Source of the DNA: Camelus dromedarius
Lineage: Eukaryota
Direction: 5' to 3'
Length of the DNA stretch: 64,000 bases
Assembly: GCF_036321535.1 (NCBI RefSeq)
Contig: NC_087437.1
Location: forward strand, 34,474,001 to 34,538,000
In this document: piece by piece, positions 25,237-37,790 of the stretch
Layout of the letters: every line of letters begins with the position of its first letter
Position numbering within the stretch: the first letter of the stretch is position 1
The notes under the pieces: model-generated
Told to the model about the DNA's origin: nothing
Databases searched by the model: none
The model's input: only the letters and a program-made list of their open reading frames with translations
Made by a program: the position numbers and the translations under genes

Positions 25237-26307
25237 TTTAAAGATCCTAGACTATCTGGGGCTACAAAAAATATCTCTAGAGCAAAGATCACGTTCATCT
25301 AATGAAGTCTGTATATTATGCCATTGCTTGATGTAGTATAATTCTAACTTTAATTTCTTCCATATGCCTTAGACAGATCCCGGCGAAAGGTATTAACCCT
25401 ATAAATTGTAAAGAAATGAAGGAGCTTGTCAAAAATTGATGATTATACCAAACTGTTTTTAAAGAACCACACAAGGTTCTGATTGTTGCTATGCATTTTA
25501 TCCAAATGATTTCCTTACTTATTACATTCCCAGCTCTTCTAACACACTGAAAGCTAGATTGACTTTGTAAACACAGTAGTTTTCCACCTCATTCATACTT
25601 CTTGTGTTGCTTTTTCTTTGCTATCTGTATTAGTAAGAATGAGCAGAATGTATTTATTATATTTAAAATCTAGTCTGCACTGATTTTTTTTTTCCTTGTT
25701 TGGAAACTCAAGAATTCTCTCTATACCAAGTAAAGCCGCTACCAAAGTCACTATAAATGAAGAAGTAGAATAAAAATGAAATTACTGATGAATTACTGAA
25801 ATTACTGAAATGAAACTAATGTTCATGGTTTGGTGTGTGTATATGAATACAAACCCATGCACAAAAGTACAAATGCTTCTCTTTAGCATCTTTCATAAAA
25901 ATACCACTAAGTGTATGTGTTCTCTCATTGATCAGGCTGTCAAAATGAGCTTTCACAAAAAGCTCATGAACAATCAAAGATATAATCTTAGTGAGAGAGA
26001 TCACTTACTGGCAACTTTAAGAACTTCTGATGTGAGTTTTTAGAACACTAATACATACATTTATGCACACACGTCATTGCTGAAACCACAATAACAGGTT
26101 TGATTTCTTTACTGAAATTGTGTTTTGTGATATGGGTAAACACAGAGTAAATATAAAAATACCAAACTATTACAGCTCCTGAAATAGAAAAAATCTGATC
26201 GAGTACATTGACACAATGTCCAACATAACATTTTCTCCCCTATGTCACAAGTGCAAGCCCTAGATATATATACACAAAAACATATATGATGGGAAGCATT
26301 TACTCAC

Positions 26308-26352
26308 ATTTACATCTGTGTGATGAATTAAAACACAAAGAGCTGGAAGAAT
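26308..26352 (-). CDS. KPNA4: KPNA4 exon 10
   Basis: 45 nt, phase 0-0; ILPALCVLIHHTDVN; cag| acceptor and |gtgagt donor. Confidence 0.95.
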
Positions 26353-26457
26353 CTGAAGAGAGAACCATACAGATTTTTAAAAATACATAGATTAAAAACA
26401 TACACATAAAGATATCTACTTTAGTTTAAAAAACAAAATAAAAAAATGCTTGTTTAC

Positions 26458-26627
26458 CTCCTGAATGGTTTCCATTGGGGGTGGTGGGTCTTTGTGGCGA
26501 CATAAGTTGACCATAACCCAAGTAACATTTCTTAAGAATGTTATAGGAATAGATGGACTTATGAAGGAGAGCAAAGGTTTCACAACTCCAAGACTTATGA
26601 CATAATCTCTACACTGTGGCCCATCAC
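26458..26627 (-). CDS. KPNA4: KPNA4 exon 9
   Basis: 170 nt, phase 1 to 0; [56 protein letters not shown]. Confidence 0.97.
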
Positions 26628-27159
26628 CTGTAGGAATAGGATTTATCAATTCAATAAAATATGTTGACAATAAGCAATTTAGAAAACATAAAGGACTTGG
26701 TTCAATATGCTGCTTCCTGTATTTAACCAGATACACTGTTCAGTTTTATATAAAAGTTTTAAACAATAAATTAGTTCACATTTTAGGTCTCTGAGTTACG
26801 AGAAGCAATATAAGGTACTAAGACTTTTTTTTGCACATTATTCACATATCAAGGCTTATAAGCTGTTCACCTGTAAAATGTTCTTATGCCATCTAAATGC
26901 TAGAAGCCTAAGGCTTCTTTAATGTACTTTGTGAACAGAGAATTGTTGCTTTTTATCTTCTCTCTCAATGGTATTCTTCAGTTTAAGAAACTTTCACATA
27001 ATAAAAGACATACTGAAATACTATTACAGAGAAAATATTTGTAGAATTAATACTGATGATCCAGTATCAAAGCATAAAGAGTATTAATTATAAATTACTC
27101 TATGCACTTAGAAACTATACCAGAAAAAGGGAGGGAAGGGGGAACCAATACCCCTAGAG

Positions 27160-27293
27160 CAGTGGTTCCCATTGTGATTTTTTTGGGCCCTATCCCAAAT
27201 CTACTGAAACAGAAATTCTGTGAGTCCAGGATTCTGTGTTTTAACAAGCCCTTCAAATAATTCTGATAATAGGCTAAAGTACGAGAATCACTG
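27160..27293. mobile_element. MER5A-like hAT-Charlie MITE with 8-bp TSD
   Basis: TIRs cagtggttc / gaatcactg; perfect TSD ccctagag (27152-27159, 27294-27301). Confidence 0.88.
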
Positions 27294-28494
27294 CCCTAGA
27301 GAAGTGCCAAATTTAATTTTTGCGTCCAGAGTGTCACTGTAACTTGTTGTATGAAAGCCAAACTGAGATATTATATTCTGTAAGTGAAAAAAAAAATGCA
27401 ATTTAGCATTTAAAGATAACATGATTGTTCTTTTTGCATTCATGTATTCTAATTAATTCTACAATGTCACTGGAATTAAAAACCAAAGACCAAGATATTG
27501 TGTCAGTATTTCTAAATCTAAACTTTGGTATAAAAGTGAGGGACTCTGGATACACAAACAATAGCATTCCTAATAGTACTTAACATACCATATGCCAAGA
27601 ACAGTTTAAAGGGAAATTCTCCCATTTGAAAACTCCTTATTGTGGGACACTAACCAACCCTTGCCTTCCAACTTGGCCCCCAAAAGGGTAATGAAGAGGA
27701 GGTGTGTCAAAGTAAAACTGATTACTTCCATTTAAGAACAATTAAAAAACAAAATCTGTTGCAAAAATAAACTTTAATGTCATGGGACATAGAATAGTTC
27801 AGATTCCGGATTTTTTCATTCTCCATTGGAGGACAGGTTTTAAAATTTTTGAGTTTGGGTGAAGTTAGGCTCTAGTTATAAAACAAATTCCTGAAATGTT
27901 GGAATTGTCTTTAATTATTCTTCCTACAATTATTTATCAGAAAAAACCCAAAAGGTATGCTAATCATGGTCAACATTTAATGAGACTATCTATAAGCTAC
28001 AGATACCTCCTGTATGAGGATGGCCTCATGATGATAGTGGAAAACACTACTACATTTTACTGTACTAAAATCCACAAGATACATTAAAAAATTTCAATTT
28101 AGATTCTTCTTAGGACTGCCATTATAGAGAAAAATTTTGGTTTAAGTTCTGCCTTTTTTCTTATTTTCTACGGTAGTGGAGAAAGTTGAGGAATAAAATG
28201 AACCCTAAGATAATAAAGGAAAAACTAAAAGACTTAAATCATATACATATTTCACAATTATTCAAATAATTAAGAGCTAACTATATACAAAAAGATATAA
28301 AGGTATCATAAGCAACAAAAATGTTCATTCTGTTTACTATGGGTTTATACTTAAACAGCTATAATATCTGTAAACTATTTCACAAAAACTAGTACTGAAA
28401 AAGGCAAACTGTTTTTCCTTTCAACTACTAGTAGTATTTACATGACAGCACATGATAACAATTGCTGGACTAGTGTTACAAGGTTTAGACAAAC

Positions 28495-28581
28495 CTATGA
28501 TATTTCCCAAAGCCCACACTGCTTGCTCACAGACATTTTGATGGGGTGAATGGAGAAGCCTCAGGAAAAGTGGCACAGCAT
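28495..28581 (-). CDS. KPNA4: KPNA4 exon 8
   Basis: 87 nt, phase 1-1; [28 protein letters not shown]. Confidence 0.96.
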
Positions 28582-28813
28582 CTGAAGGAGGAAAACATAA
28601 GTTATCACTTATGTTTGAAGATACTGTTGTATGTCAATTACATATCTCAGTAAAATTTTTAAAAAGGTTAAAAATACTGTATCTAAACCAAAAATCAATC
28701 TTGTTTCTCTGTTGAAACCTCAAAAGAAAGAAAGCTATCAAAAATGTATTTAAAATATATCCTTATTAAATAATTTTCATTAGAATAATAGTAGTGGAAA
28801 ATTTCTAATAGAC

Positions 28814-28914
28814 TATTCATCATCAAAATGACAGTTTTAACATATCGACAAAATGTTAAACTAAACTGATAAAATTTCATTTACAATTAAACCTGGATTG
28901 AATTCCAATTTTAA
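28814..28914. repeat. Local direct duplication, copy 1 (KPNA4 intron 7)
   Basis: Aligns by eye with 30539-30634. Confidence 0.9.
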
Positions 28915-30102
28915 GATTAATTACTTATAGATTCAGCATTATCTTCAAATTTGGAAAAAAAATTTAATTGTTGAAGTAACTTTCAAATATAAAAATTTAA
29001 ATAACATCACATTGGTCTTTAGCCAGGCCAGTGATTCCTGTGCCACCTTCTGAATCAGAAAATGATTCTGTTGCTTAACAAGGATGAGAAAAACAGAGAC
29101 AGGTTTAACAGAATAATATTGCACTGAACAAATGATTCTTCTATTTCCTTTCTTCTTTCTGATATTGCTTTGAAAACTGCTATTTAAGTACATGTGGATC
29201 AATCATGCTTACTTGTAATAAAAAGTAATTCATTTATCTATTACTTTTGGTATATTAAGACAGACTAGCAGTGTTAAATTCTAAGCCTCTTCTAATCTTT
29301 AAAGAACAAAAAAGAGAAAGGAAGAAGAGTGAGGGATCGTCTTGAAATCATAAAATTTACTGAACAGTCAACTATACAAAACAAAACAAAACCAAAAAAA
29401 ACAAAACAAAATCAAAGACCATTTGAACCCCAAATTATCTTTTCTATGTAATATTATAATACAAGTGTTTACAGTGCTTACTGCTTATAGTTTTGTTCCT
29501 CTTCAAAATCATGAAGAAATTATTGCTTAAGATTTTAACAAGCTTAGACAAGTATACTGCTTCCAAACTTGAAAGGGATTTTTAAAAGTATTTTCTTTAA
29601 AATTATTAATTTTTTTGCTTAGGAAAAGAATCAAATGGTATTCATGAAAACTCAGGTTATTACTTCCAATAATTATTTCCCACTTACATTTCTTGGAACA
29701 CAAAGACAATCAATCTTATAATGACAATGAAAAAAAATTTGCAAGCCATTCTTTTATGTAGGACTACTTTATAAAAGATTTCCCCAAAACGTATGAGGGA
29801 AATCTCATTAAGAGAGGCCAACAGGTAGTAGGACAATGGAAAAACACCTTTATTTATGTGATGCCCTATAAATAAAGTTTAACTACAAGAATGTAACCTG
29901 CTACTATGATTAGGAAATGTTCTTAGATTCAGAATCAAATGCATTTTTGGAAATGGAAAATGTCAGTCACTGGGACAAGATGACCAAAGTAACATACTTA
30001 ATTTGGCCTATTTCAATTACCCTGTGTGTTACAGAATAGCTAACATTTTATAATACAAATAACTCTATTCTTTTAGGAAAAGCACTGTTTTTTAAAAAAT
30101 TA

Positions 30103-30255
<153 letters not shown>

Positions 30256-30538
30256 TTAACAAGTAGGGATTTTTATATTGGCCCAAGTATCTACAAACCA
30301 TTCCTCCCCTCTAGCATTTTACATTAAATATTTTGCTTCAAAACATATCTATGTATCCAGCACATTTTTTTTAATCTCCAATGACTATTTAAAATATCTC
30401 TTCACTATATAATGCATACAGCCTCCTCAGGTGTACTTGTTTTTAGTAAGAACTCTTTACTAAGATACCTCCACATTACTACCCAAACAGTATTCTCAAG
30501 TATCTATGTGGCTAAACTAGACTGACTAGCAGACTACT

Positions 30539-30634
30539 TATTCATCGTCAAAATGACAGTTTTAACATATTGACAAATGTCAAATTAAGCTGGTAAAATT
30601 TCACAATTAAACGTGGATTGAATTCCAATTTTAA
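30539..30634. repeat. Local direct duplication, copy 2 (KPNA4 intron 6)
   Basis: Aligns by eye with 28814-28914. Confidence 0.9.
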
Positions 30635-30865
30635 AAAGCTTACAATTTTCAAAGCTTGCAAATTAAATGTATCATTTGAAAGTTTCTGTTTGGCCTTTAC
30701 CTTCCTCTCTTGGTGTAAACACATCTTATATATTGTTTTTCAGTTTGGCTTTTCCACTCCATCTTACAGCCCCTTCTTTTTTCTTTCAAGATCAAACTAA
30801 CTACTAGAAAATCTTGTCTCCTATAAAGGATACATCCTAAATTATTTCTTAAAATAATGTACTTA

Positions 30866-31087
<222 letters not shown>

Positions 31088-31805
31088 TTACTTTTTAAAT
31101 TTATATAATGTAGCCTTTTCTATATTATAAAAAGATTGATTTACAAATTTATAGATTATTAACAAGGAAAAAATAGCCATGAACCACTTTACCACTTTTT
31201 AAAAATTAGTATAGTAATATTATTCCAACAGTTAAGTCCCAAATATAACATAAAAAGATAACTAAATGTTTTATATGTGTTACCTTTGGACTTAATTTTG
31301 TGGTCAGAGAAAAAAAATGGGCAGACTTCTTCAACATGGCATTTACCTTACTAAGAAAGGAATTAAGAGGTCACTAATATATCCCAAATTATTCATTACT
31401 AGGTCACAACAAAGTCAAAGGGCAAAAAATTGGCAGGATGCTGGTACAAGTTTATGACTTGTGTGTCATAACATAAGTGTCCAGTTCTTCAGTCCTACTC
31501 TATACACCAAATCAGAGGTCATAAAAGCTTAACAACATTCTCATCTCAGCAACTAAAGGAAATGGAATAAGCACAGCAATACACAGAAAAATATCCAGAG
31601 AGATATTAGAGATACTAAGGTGAACAAGACAGACATCCTTGCTCTTATAGAGCTTAGAGTAAAACAACAATATTCATTTACACATGTGGTAGACTGTATG
31701 TAGTTTTAGCTGAAAAGCTCTCAGTGTGACCCAACACAAATCTTCACCCATTTGAACTCCAGAACTACTATATAAAGGTAATGTTTAAAAAAGCTTTATC
31801 AATTC

Positions 31806-31885
31806 TGCTGTATACCAGAAACTGACACAACATTGTAAACTGACTGCTCTTTAATAAAAATACGTATGTATACATATAAAAAAGA
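31806..31885 (+). mobile_element. Severely 5'-truncated L1 3' tail
   Basis: tgctgtataccagaaactgacacaacattgtaaactgac matches the L1 tails near 52660 and 53870; imperfect flanking repeat aaagctttatca / aaagcttaatca. Confidence 0.75.
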
Positions 31886-33676
31886 AAGCTTAATCAGATC
31901 CTATATAAACTAAGTGATAGCTGCTAATTTACTACCCTATCAACGTAAACTCCTTGACCTAGCTTTACACCATTTCACACATTGGCTCCATCTTATTTAC
32001 CTAACTAACCTTATTCTCTGTTATTCAACAATAGGTCAGTTGTCTGTCCCAACATTTCAGTCTCATTTCCATGCCCTCCATATCCTAATTCCTCACACCT
32101 GGAATGCCCTCTTTCCTGTTTATTCAAACTATCTATTCAAAGTCCATTTCAAGTTATATGTTTTCACAATACCCTCTCTGAATTCCACAGCATACGCCTA
32201 CATTTATTATTGAACGTCACGATTTCTTACATAGTTTTTGCCTTCTTCATTAGGTTCTAAATTTCTTCAAGAGCAAGAACTTATTCCACATGCTTTTCCA
32301 CAGTATTTTCCATAATAAATGGCACAATTCTTTGCACAAAGTAGGAAATAACCCAGACATTTTTTAACCCAGTCTTTCTTAATCAAGGTTTCAAATTTAT
32401 TAGAATAATAATTTTTTTTCACTACTTCATTGAGGACATTCTTAAAGAGAAATAGCCTTTTTCCTTTAAGCACATAATGGCACATACAATATGTACAAAA
32501 TACAATATATAATCAGTCTGGTATCATTGTCTTGATTTGTGCTAAGGTGCCAGTAGTTTACCCACAGTAGCTTTTGCAACATCAATGTGAATGTTAACAC
32601 AGTTAAAAAAAAAAAAAAAAGGCAAATAAAGTCTTGGAACTATGGTGAAAATAATACCCTCTGAAGTTATCTCAGGATTTCCTAGGGACCAACAGATCAT
32701 ATTTTAAGAAGCCTGGCTTTAGGGGCCTTAGGGCTTTAATCATCTCCAGAACTTCATGCTGAGAAGAGCTCTTGCTCCAATACTATAATCAACCCTGACA
32801 ATGATGAGCATAAAGCTTCAATTTCTTAATCATTCTTCCTATTAACACTATTTGTCATTTTTGAGATGTGAAAGCTTCTGTGATTTCCTTCCTACATAAC
32901 AAAGTTTGTTCTAAGAAGTTCTTTTACCTGAGGTGGGCAACACTCAGGTTGCCCACCTATAATTTCCTTATCTGTTCTAAGTGGATTAAAGTGTTTAAAG
33001 TGGATACACAAAAGTAGGAAAAGTCTAATAAACATAAAAGGGACTCATGCACTGGATCATATATTAGGTGAACCTATGAACTCTTGTACTTTGAAATTCT
33101 AAAACTAGAATCAACTTCATGCTTAAGTATCTCTTCCCTACACAACACAGGGTGTTATTCTTTTATTTATAAAAACACAGAGCAACCACTATATTGTACT
33201 ATGACACAACCTGTCTTCCCCAACCTATTAATTAAATACAAATGCCTCAGCAAGTTTTCCTGATTTTCCCCTTAAAATGTGAGCACATAGGTTTTACAAC
33301 TGAAATATACAAAAATAACTTAATATTTCTACACCGAAAGAGACTGAGAGTCTCTGTAGGCTGAAATCTTAATGTCTCTACTTGCCTGTGCACTGCTACA
33401 GTAAGTTTTTATTACTGTTTGATCAATATGAGGATTGTGAGAAAAATTAGCTACCAGGGCAGGATCTGAAAAATCTGACTTTTAATAAAATTAAACCTGT
33501 TAATCAATAAAAGGTAAAAGCTTTATAAGTAATGGTTTTCTATTAGTCTACAGAAATAACTTGTCAAATCAACTTTTCCCTAGCATTTGTACATACTACG
33601 CACACTAAAGCGTCAGTGTACTCATGAGTTTTGTGTAAGTTATAAAATTTAAATATGTCCTTGAAATTTAACTTAC

Positions 33677-33729
33677 CTAGCAGCTTGAACTGCACTTAAT
33701 TGAATTCCTTGGTTATCACTTGATGCATT
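33677..33729 (-). CDS. KPNA4: KPNA4 exon 5
   Basis: 53 nt, phase 0 to 2; NASSDNQGIQLSAVQAA(R). Confidence 0.95.
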
Positions 33730-33818
33730 CTATAAAAAATAAAACAATTTTTGATGCAAATACACAATAATTAGTTATTAAATCCAAGAAATAAAGAGAG
33801 GAAAAAAATTCAACTTAC

Positions 33819-33848
33819 TTGAACAATAGCTTCTAAAGAGGTATTTTG
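33819..33848 (-). CDS. KPNA4: KPNA4 exon 4 (30-nt mini-exon)
   Basis: QNTSLEAIVQ; ttccccag| acceptor, |gtaagt donor. Confidence 0.94.
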
Positions 33849-33954
33849 CTGGGGAAAAAGTTAGAGAAAACTAAGTTAAAAAATCACCTTAAAATTCTAT
33901 ATTTATGTAAAAATCTTTCATTGGTATTTTTAAGTTTCCAGAATAACAACTTAC

Positions 33955-34044
33955 CACTCTATAATCACCATCTATATCAGAATCTTCACAGATATCTTCA
34001 TGTGGTACGTTCCTTCTCTTTAAGAGATGTTCATCTCTTTTATT
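33955..34044 (-). CDS. KPNA4: KPNA4 exon 3 (IBB domain, KRR autoinhibitory motif)
   Basis: 90 nt; [30 protein letters not shown]. Confidence 0.96.
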
Positions 34045-34902
34045 CTTTAAAATAATAAATAAATAAATAAAAGAACTTCAGTTAAATTTTAAAAAGCTAA
34101 ATACTTTCATATAAATTTAGGTGATCCTGTGCCTACAAAAAAATACAAAGTGCCTTTTAAAAGCAAAATGCAAATGCAGAAAATCAAAACCAAATTGTGA
34201 ATTAAACACTTAAGCAACACTAATTTGAGTCTCAAACTCCAAATATTACATTTTTAATGAACTGTGAACTACGTAAAAACAAACTAAAAAATGAAATAAT
34301 TTGATTAAAAAAGACAGTGTACAGTTTAAGCCAGAACCAAACATACATATTCATTTAAAAGTACTAAACCATTTTATACATCATCTGGAAGCTTCTCTTT
34401 ATAACCTAAAAACAAAGTCAAAGCAAAAGTTGGGCAGTTCAAAATCAGACAAAAATCAACAATGCCTTATAAAAATCAAGGGCCACATGAATTTCACTTA
34501 AAATGTCCGGGACAAATTAAAAAATATATTCTCAACTAACCTACTTTAATACTTGAAAAGTTGATACAATTTTTAAGTAACAAGTTCCCTTCAGGGAGTA
34601 ATTACTATGTAAATAGCAGAACTATTTAGTGTAACTGTATACTCATGGACTTATACTTTCTATAAATCATCTAAAATTAAGGAAGGAAAAAACCATCTGA
34701 TAATGTGTTCTCTATTTTTGGGTAGTGGACAAACTGTATCTTGCCAACTTTAATAGCTTGTCAAATTTAGTCAATCTTTCCATTTTGAAAAGAAAAAGAA
34801 ATGCTAATTAAGCACTTGAAACTAATATACATTTGCTATCTTCTCTATCTGCTGTAATGTTATTAGAATTATATTTGGTAGTACCCCAAATTAATCACTC
34901 AC

Positions 34903-34947
34903 CTTCCTTAATTCAACTACAACTTCATTTCGTTGTCTTCTCATAGT
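34903..34947 (-). CDS. KPNA4: KPNA4 exon 2 (IBB domain)
   Basis: 45 nt; TMRRQRNEVVVELRK; gtag| acceptor, |gtgagt donor. Confidence 0.95.
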
Positions 34948-35287
34948 CTACAAGAAATTAAATAAAGAAAATTATTTTTAAAAATTACCTCAAATTCCAT
35001 CACCTATAGAAAACTGCTATTAACATTTTGATGTACATTCCCTAATCTTTTCTTCTAATCAGATATGTACATAGTCATATTTTACTCATAATAATTATAT
35101 AGATGATTTTCTATCTTCATATTCACATTCTCAAATACTGAAATCTGCTTTGAAATTATTACTAGATCTGTAATATTAGATGTATCATAATTTTTTAAAA
35201 CTGTAATACAAGAATTATTAAAGTACAAATGTACAAAGAATAAAAGAACCCATAATCTCACCCCCTATATGAACCAATTTAGAAAGC

Positions 35288-35405
35288 AGGAGAGAGGTAT
35301 ATATAAGCTCAGTGGTAGAGCACATGCTTAGCATGCATGAAGTCCTGGGTTGAATCCCCAGTACCTCCATTAAAAATAAATAAATTTTAAAATTAAAAAA
35401 AAAAA
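35288..35405 (+). mobile_element. Camelid tRNA-derived SINE (Vic-type)
   Basis: agctcagtggtagagcacatgcttagcatgcatgaagtcctgggttgaatccccagtacctccatt plus A tail. Confidence 0.85.
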
Positions 35406-36899
35406 TGTACAAGGTTAGTAAATTCAACTGCTTTTAAAAAGGGGTGGGAGGTGGGGAAGGGGGAGAGAACCTTCCCATCTATCCAGTGTCTTTACCTAAA
35501 GGTAAACACTGTTAGATTTACTACGACTCTGACACACTTATCTATTTATTTGTTCTTCACCCTATTTTTGTTTACTTTATCTGTAGGTCTTAGTGATCTT
35601 CCATGGTGGTAAATGCAGATCTGTTTTATTCTTTCTAAAGAGCACATAATTATTCTATCACATATTCTAACCATTCAATTTTTTAACATTTTTTTTTTCA
35701 TTTTAAAGTTACCTAACACATGGATACATGCTCACTGCAAAAATATTCAAACATTCAGAAATAACAAAAGTTCAAGCTCTTTCTATGTATAGGTCCACTT
35801 CATTCTAATGACTATATATGCCAAGACATATTAAGTAGAAATGGCAAGTAATACTCAAAATAATGCCAAATAAATATCTCAAACTTATTAATAATCTATT
35901 AATAATTTCAAAGAGATTTTCAGCAAATGGCAACTCCACACTTTCAGCTGCACAGACCAAAAATCTTAGAGCCATCCCTGACTCTTCTTTTTTCCCTCAC
36001 ATTTCACATTCAGTTTGTTAAGCAAATTCTACTGATTGAACCTTCAAAACTTAACTGACTTCTCTACCACCTCCTCTCTGGTCCAACTTATTAATCTCTC
36101 TCCTAGGTTGCTGCAAAAGCCTCCTAATTTGTATCCCGCTTTACACTCTTGCCATCCATCTTTCTCCTAGTCCATTACTATCACAACAACCGAAGTAATC
36201 TTCATAGGGAATTTTAATTTTTGTGTGTCACAGCCTTCTTTAGCAGGCTGGTCAAATCAATGGACACCTCCTCAGTGTTTTTAAATAAACGAAACATGTA
36301 AGATTACAAAAAAAACCCCCCACAAACTGATATATAGTTGCAAAAAAAATAGAAATACAAAAAAATACTGTAATATATGCACTTCATTATCATACTAATT
36401 GTAATCTACCAGTGTGTCTAATACCTACTACATACTTTCAAAGGAATCAAGACCATAAATGGTATTTCAGGATATCTTGCAATAATGTGATTTTTATTGG
36501 TGATGACAAAAATCACAGGTTATGTTAATAACTACTGAGGTTTATTGGCTACATTATTAAGTGAAGGAAATATTCTTTCTAAGTTCCCAGGCCCTCCTGA
36601 ATTCTACCCATAGACTCCATGGGAAGGACTCAGTAACGAATCTTTTCTAAAAAGTCAATCAGATCATGTTATTCCCTTCTTCAAAACCATCCAATGGTTC
36701 TCTACTTTAAATGTCCAGTCATTGCAAGGACTTAAGTCCACTTTAATCTTTCTACCTCATCCCCTCCCTAGTTAATCACCTCTCAGATCTAAGCTCCTTT
36801 CATTCTCTCCATTCATTCTGCTGTATCCTAACTTTGTTATTCCTCTAACACACTGGAAATTCTCTCTTCAAGGCCTTCTGTAACACACTATACAGTAAC

Positions 36900-37105
36900 T
36901 GCTAAGATGGACTCTAGAGTCAAAGTGTGTAGTTTCAATTTTCAGCCATAATACTTAATAGCCTGCCATGCCTGTTTCCTCATCTTAAAATGAGAATAAT
37001 AAAATACCTATTTCACAGAATTACAATAAGGGTTAAATAAGTTAACATATGTAAAGTGCATAACTAGTTCCTGGCACATGGCAGTGCCCATGTTAGCTAT
37101 TTATT
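36900..37105 (+). mobile_element. MIR fragment
   Basis: ggactctagagtca...gtttcctcatcttaaaatgagaataataa...cctggcacatggcagtgc. Confidence 0.7.
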
Positions 37106-37654
37106 ACCACTACTGCTGCTTCCTCAGGCTGCAATGCTCTTCCCTCACTATCTGCAGGGTTCACTCATCTTCGAGTGTTTCAAACGTCCCTTCGTGGTGA
37201 GGTCTTCCTCTTCCTAACTATCCAGGGACTATGTGTCTGGATACTTTCTACTGAGCTTCTCTGCCATATTTTCTCCATACCACTTACCACTTTCTAACAT
37301 ACTATATATAACTTTATTTATTATCCCTCTCCCCACTAGAATGTATTTTCTATCTATAAGGAATAACATGAGGAATAAGAACTATTCCTTCTCAAAATAT
37401 ACTGGTATACTTATATGTGCAGAAATCTTTACCTCAATTTTTGACCAAACCAATTTATTCCATCTTTGTTTAAGTGATCATTCAAACTTCGGTACAGACA
37501 TGGGTTTTAAAAATACCAAGACTCAATTTAAAAATGCTAATAAAACAGGCTTGAAATGAATGAAATAAATTAGCCAGGTATTACAATAAGAGTTTCAATT
37601 TTCCCTATGGTTTAATCATTACAGCCTTAAGAGGTAAGAAGAAGAAACATTTCT

Positions 37655-37790
37655 TTCTTTTTAGAAATAAGGAGACTAAGGCTTAGAGAGTTGAATTACT
37701 TGGCCAATGCTACATAGCTAGAAATGGGACAGCCAGGATTAGAATTCAGACAGCCTCATACAAAGCCAATTAACCCCTAAGCCATATTGT
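37655..37790 (-). mobile_element. MIR fragment
   Basis: ataaggagactaaggcttagagagttgaattacttggccaatgctacatagctag. Confidence 0.65.

Noticed and set aside
28640..28825. Box C/D snoRNA reading of duplication copy 1 (TGATGA near 28820, CTGA near 28650 on -)
   Set aside because: No terminal stem or recognisable guide; the C-like motif is altered in copy 2 and the downstream sequence is not shared
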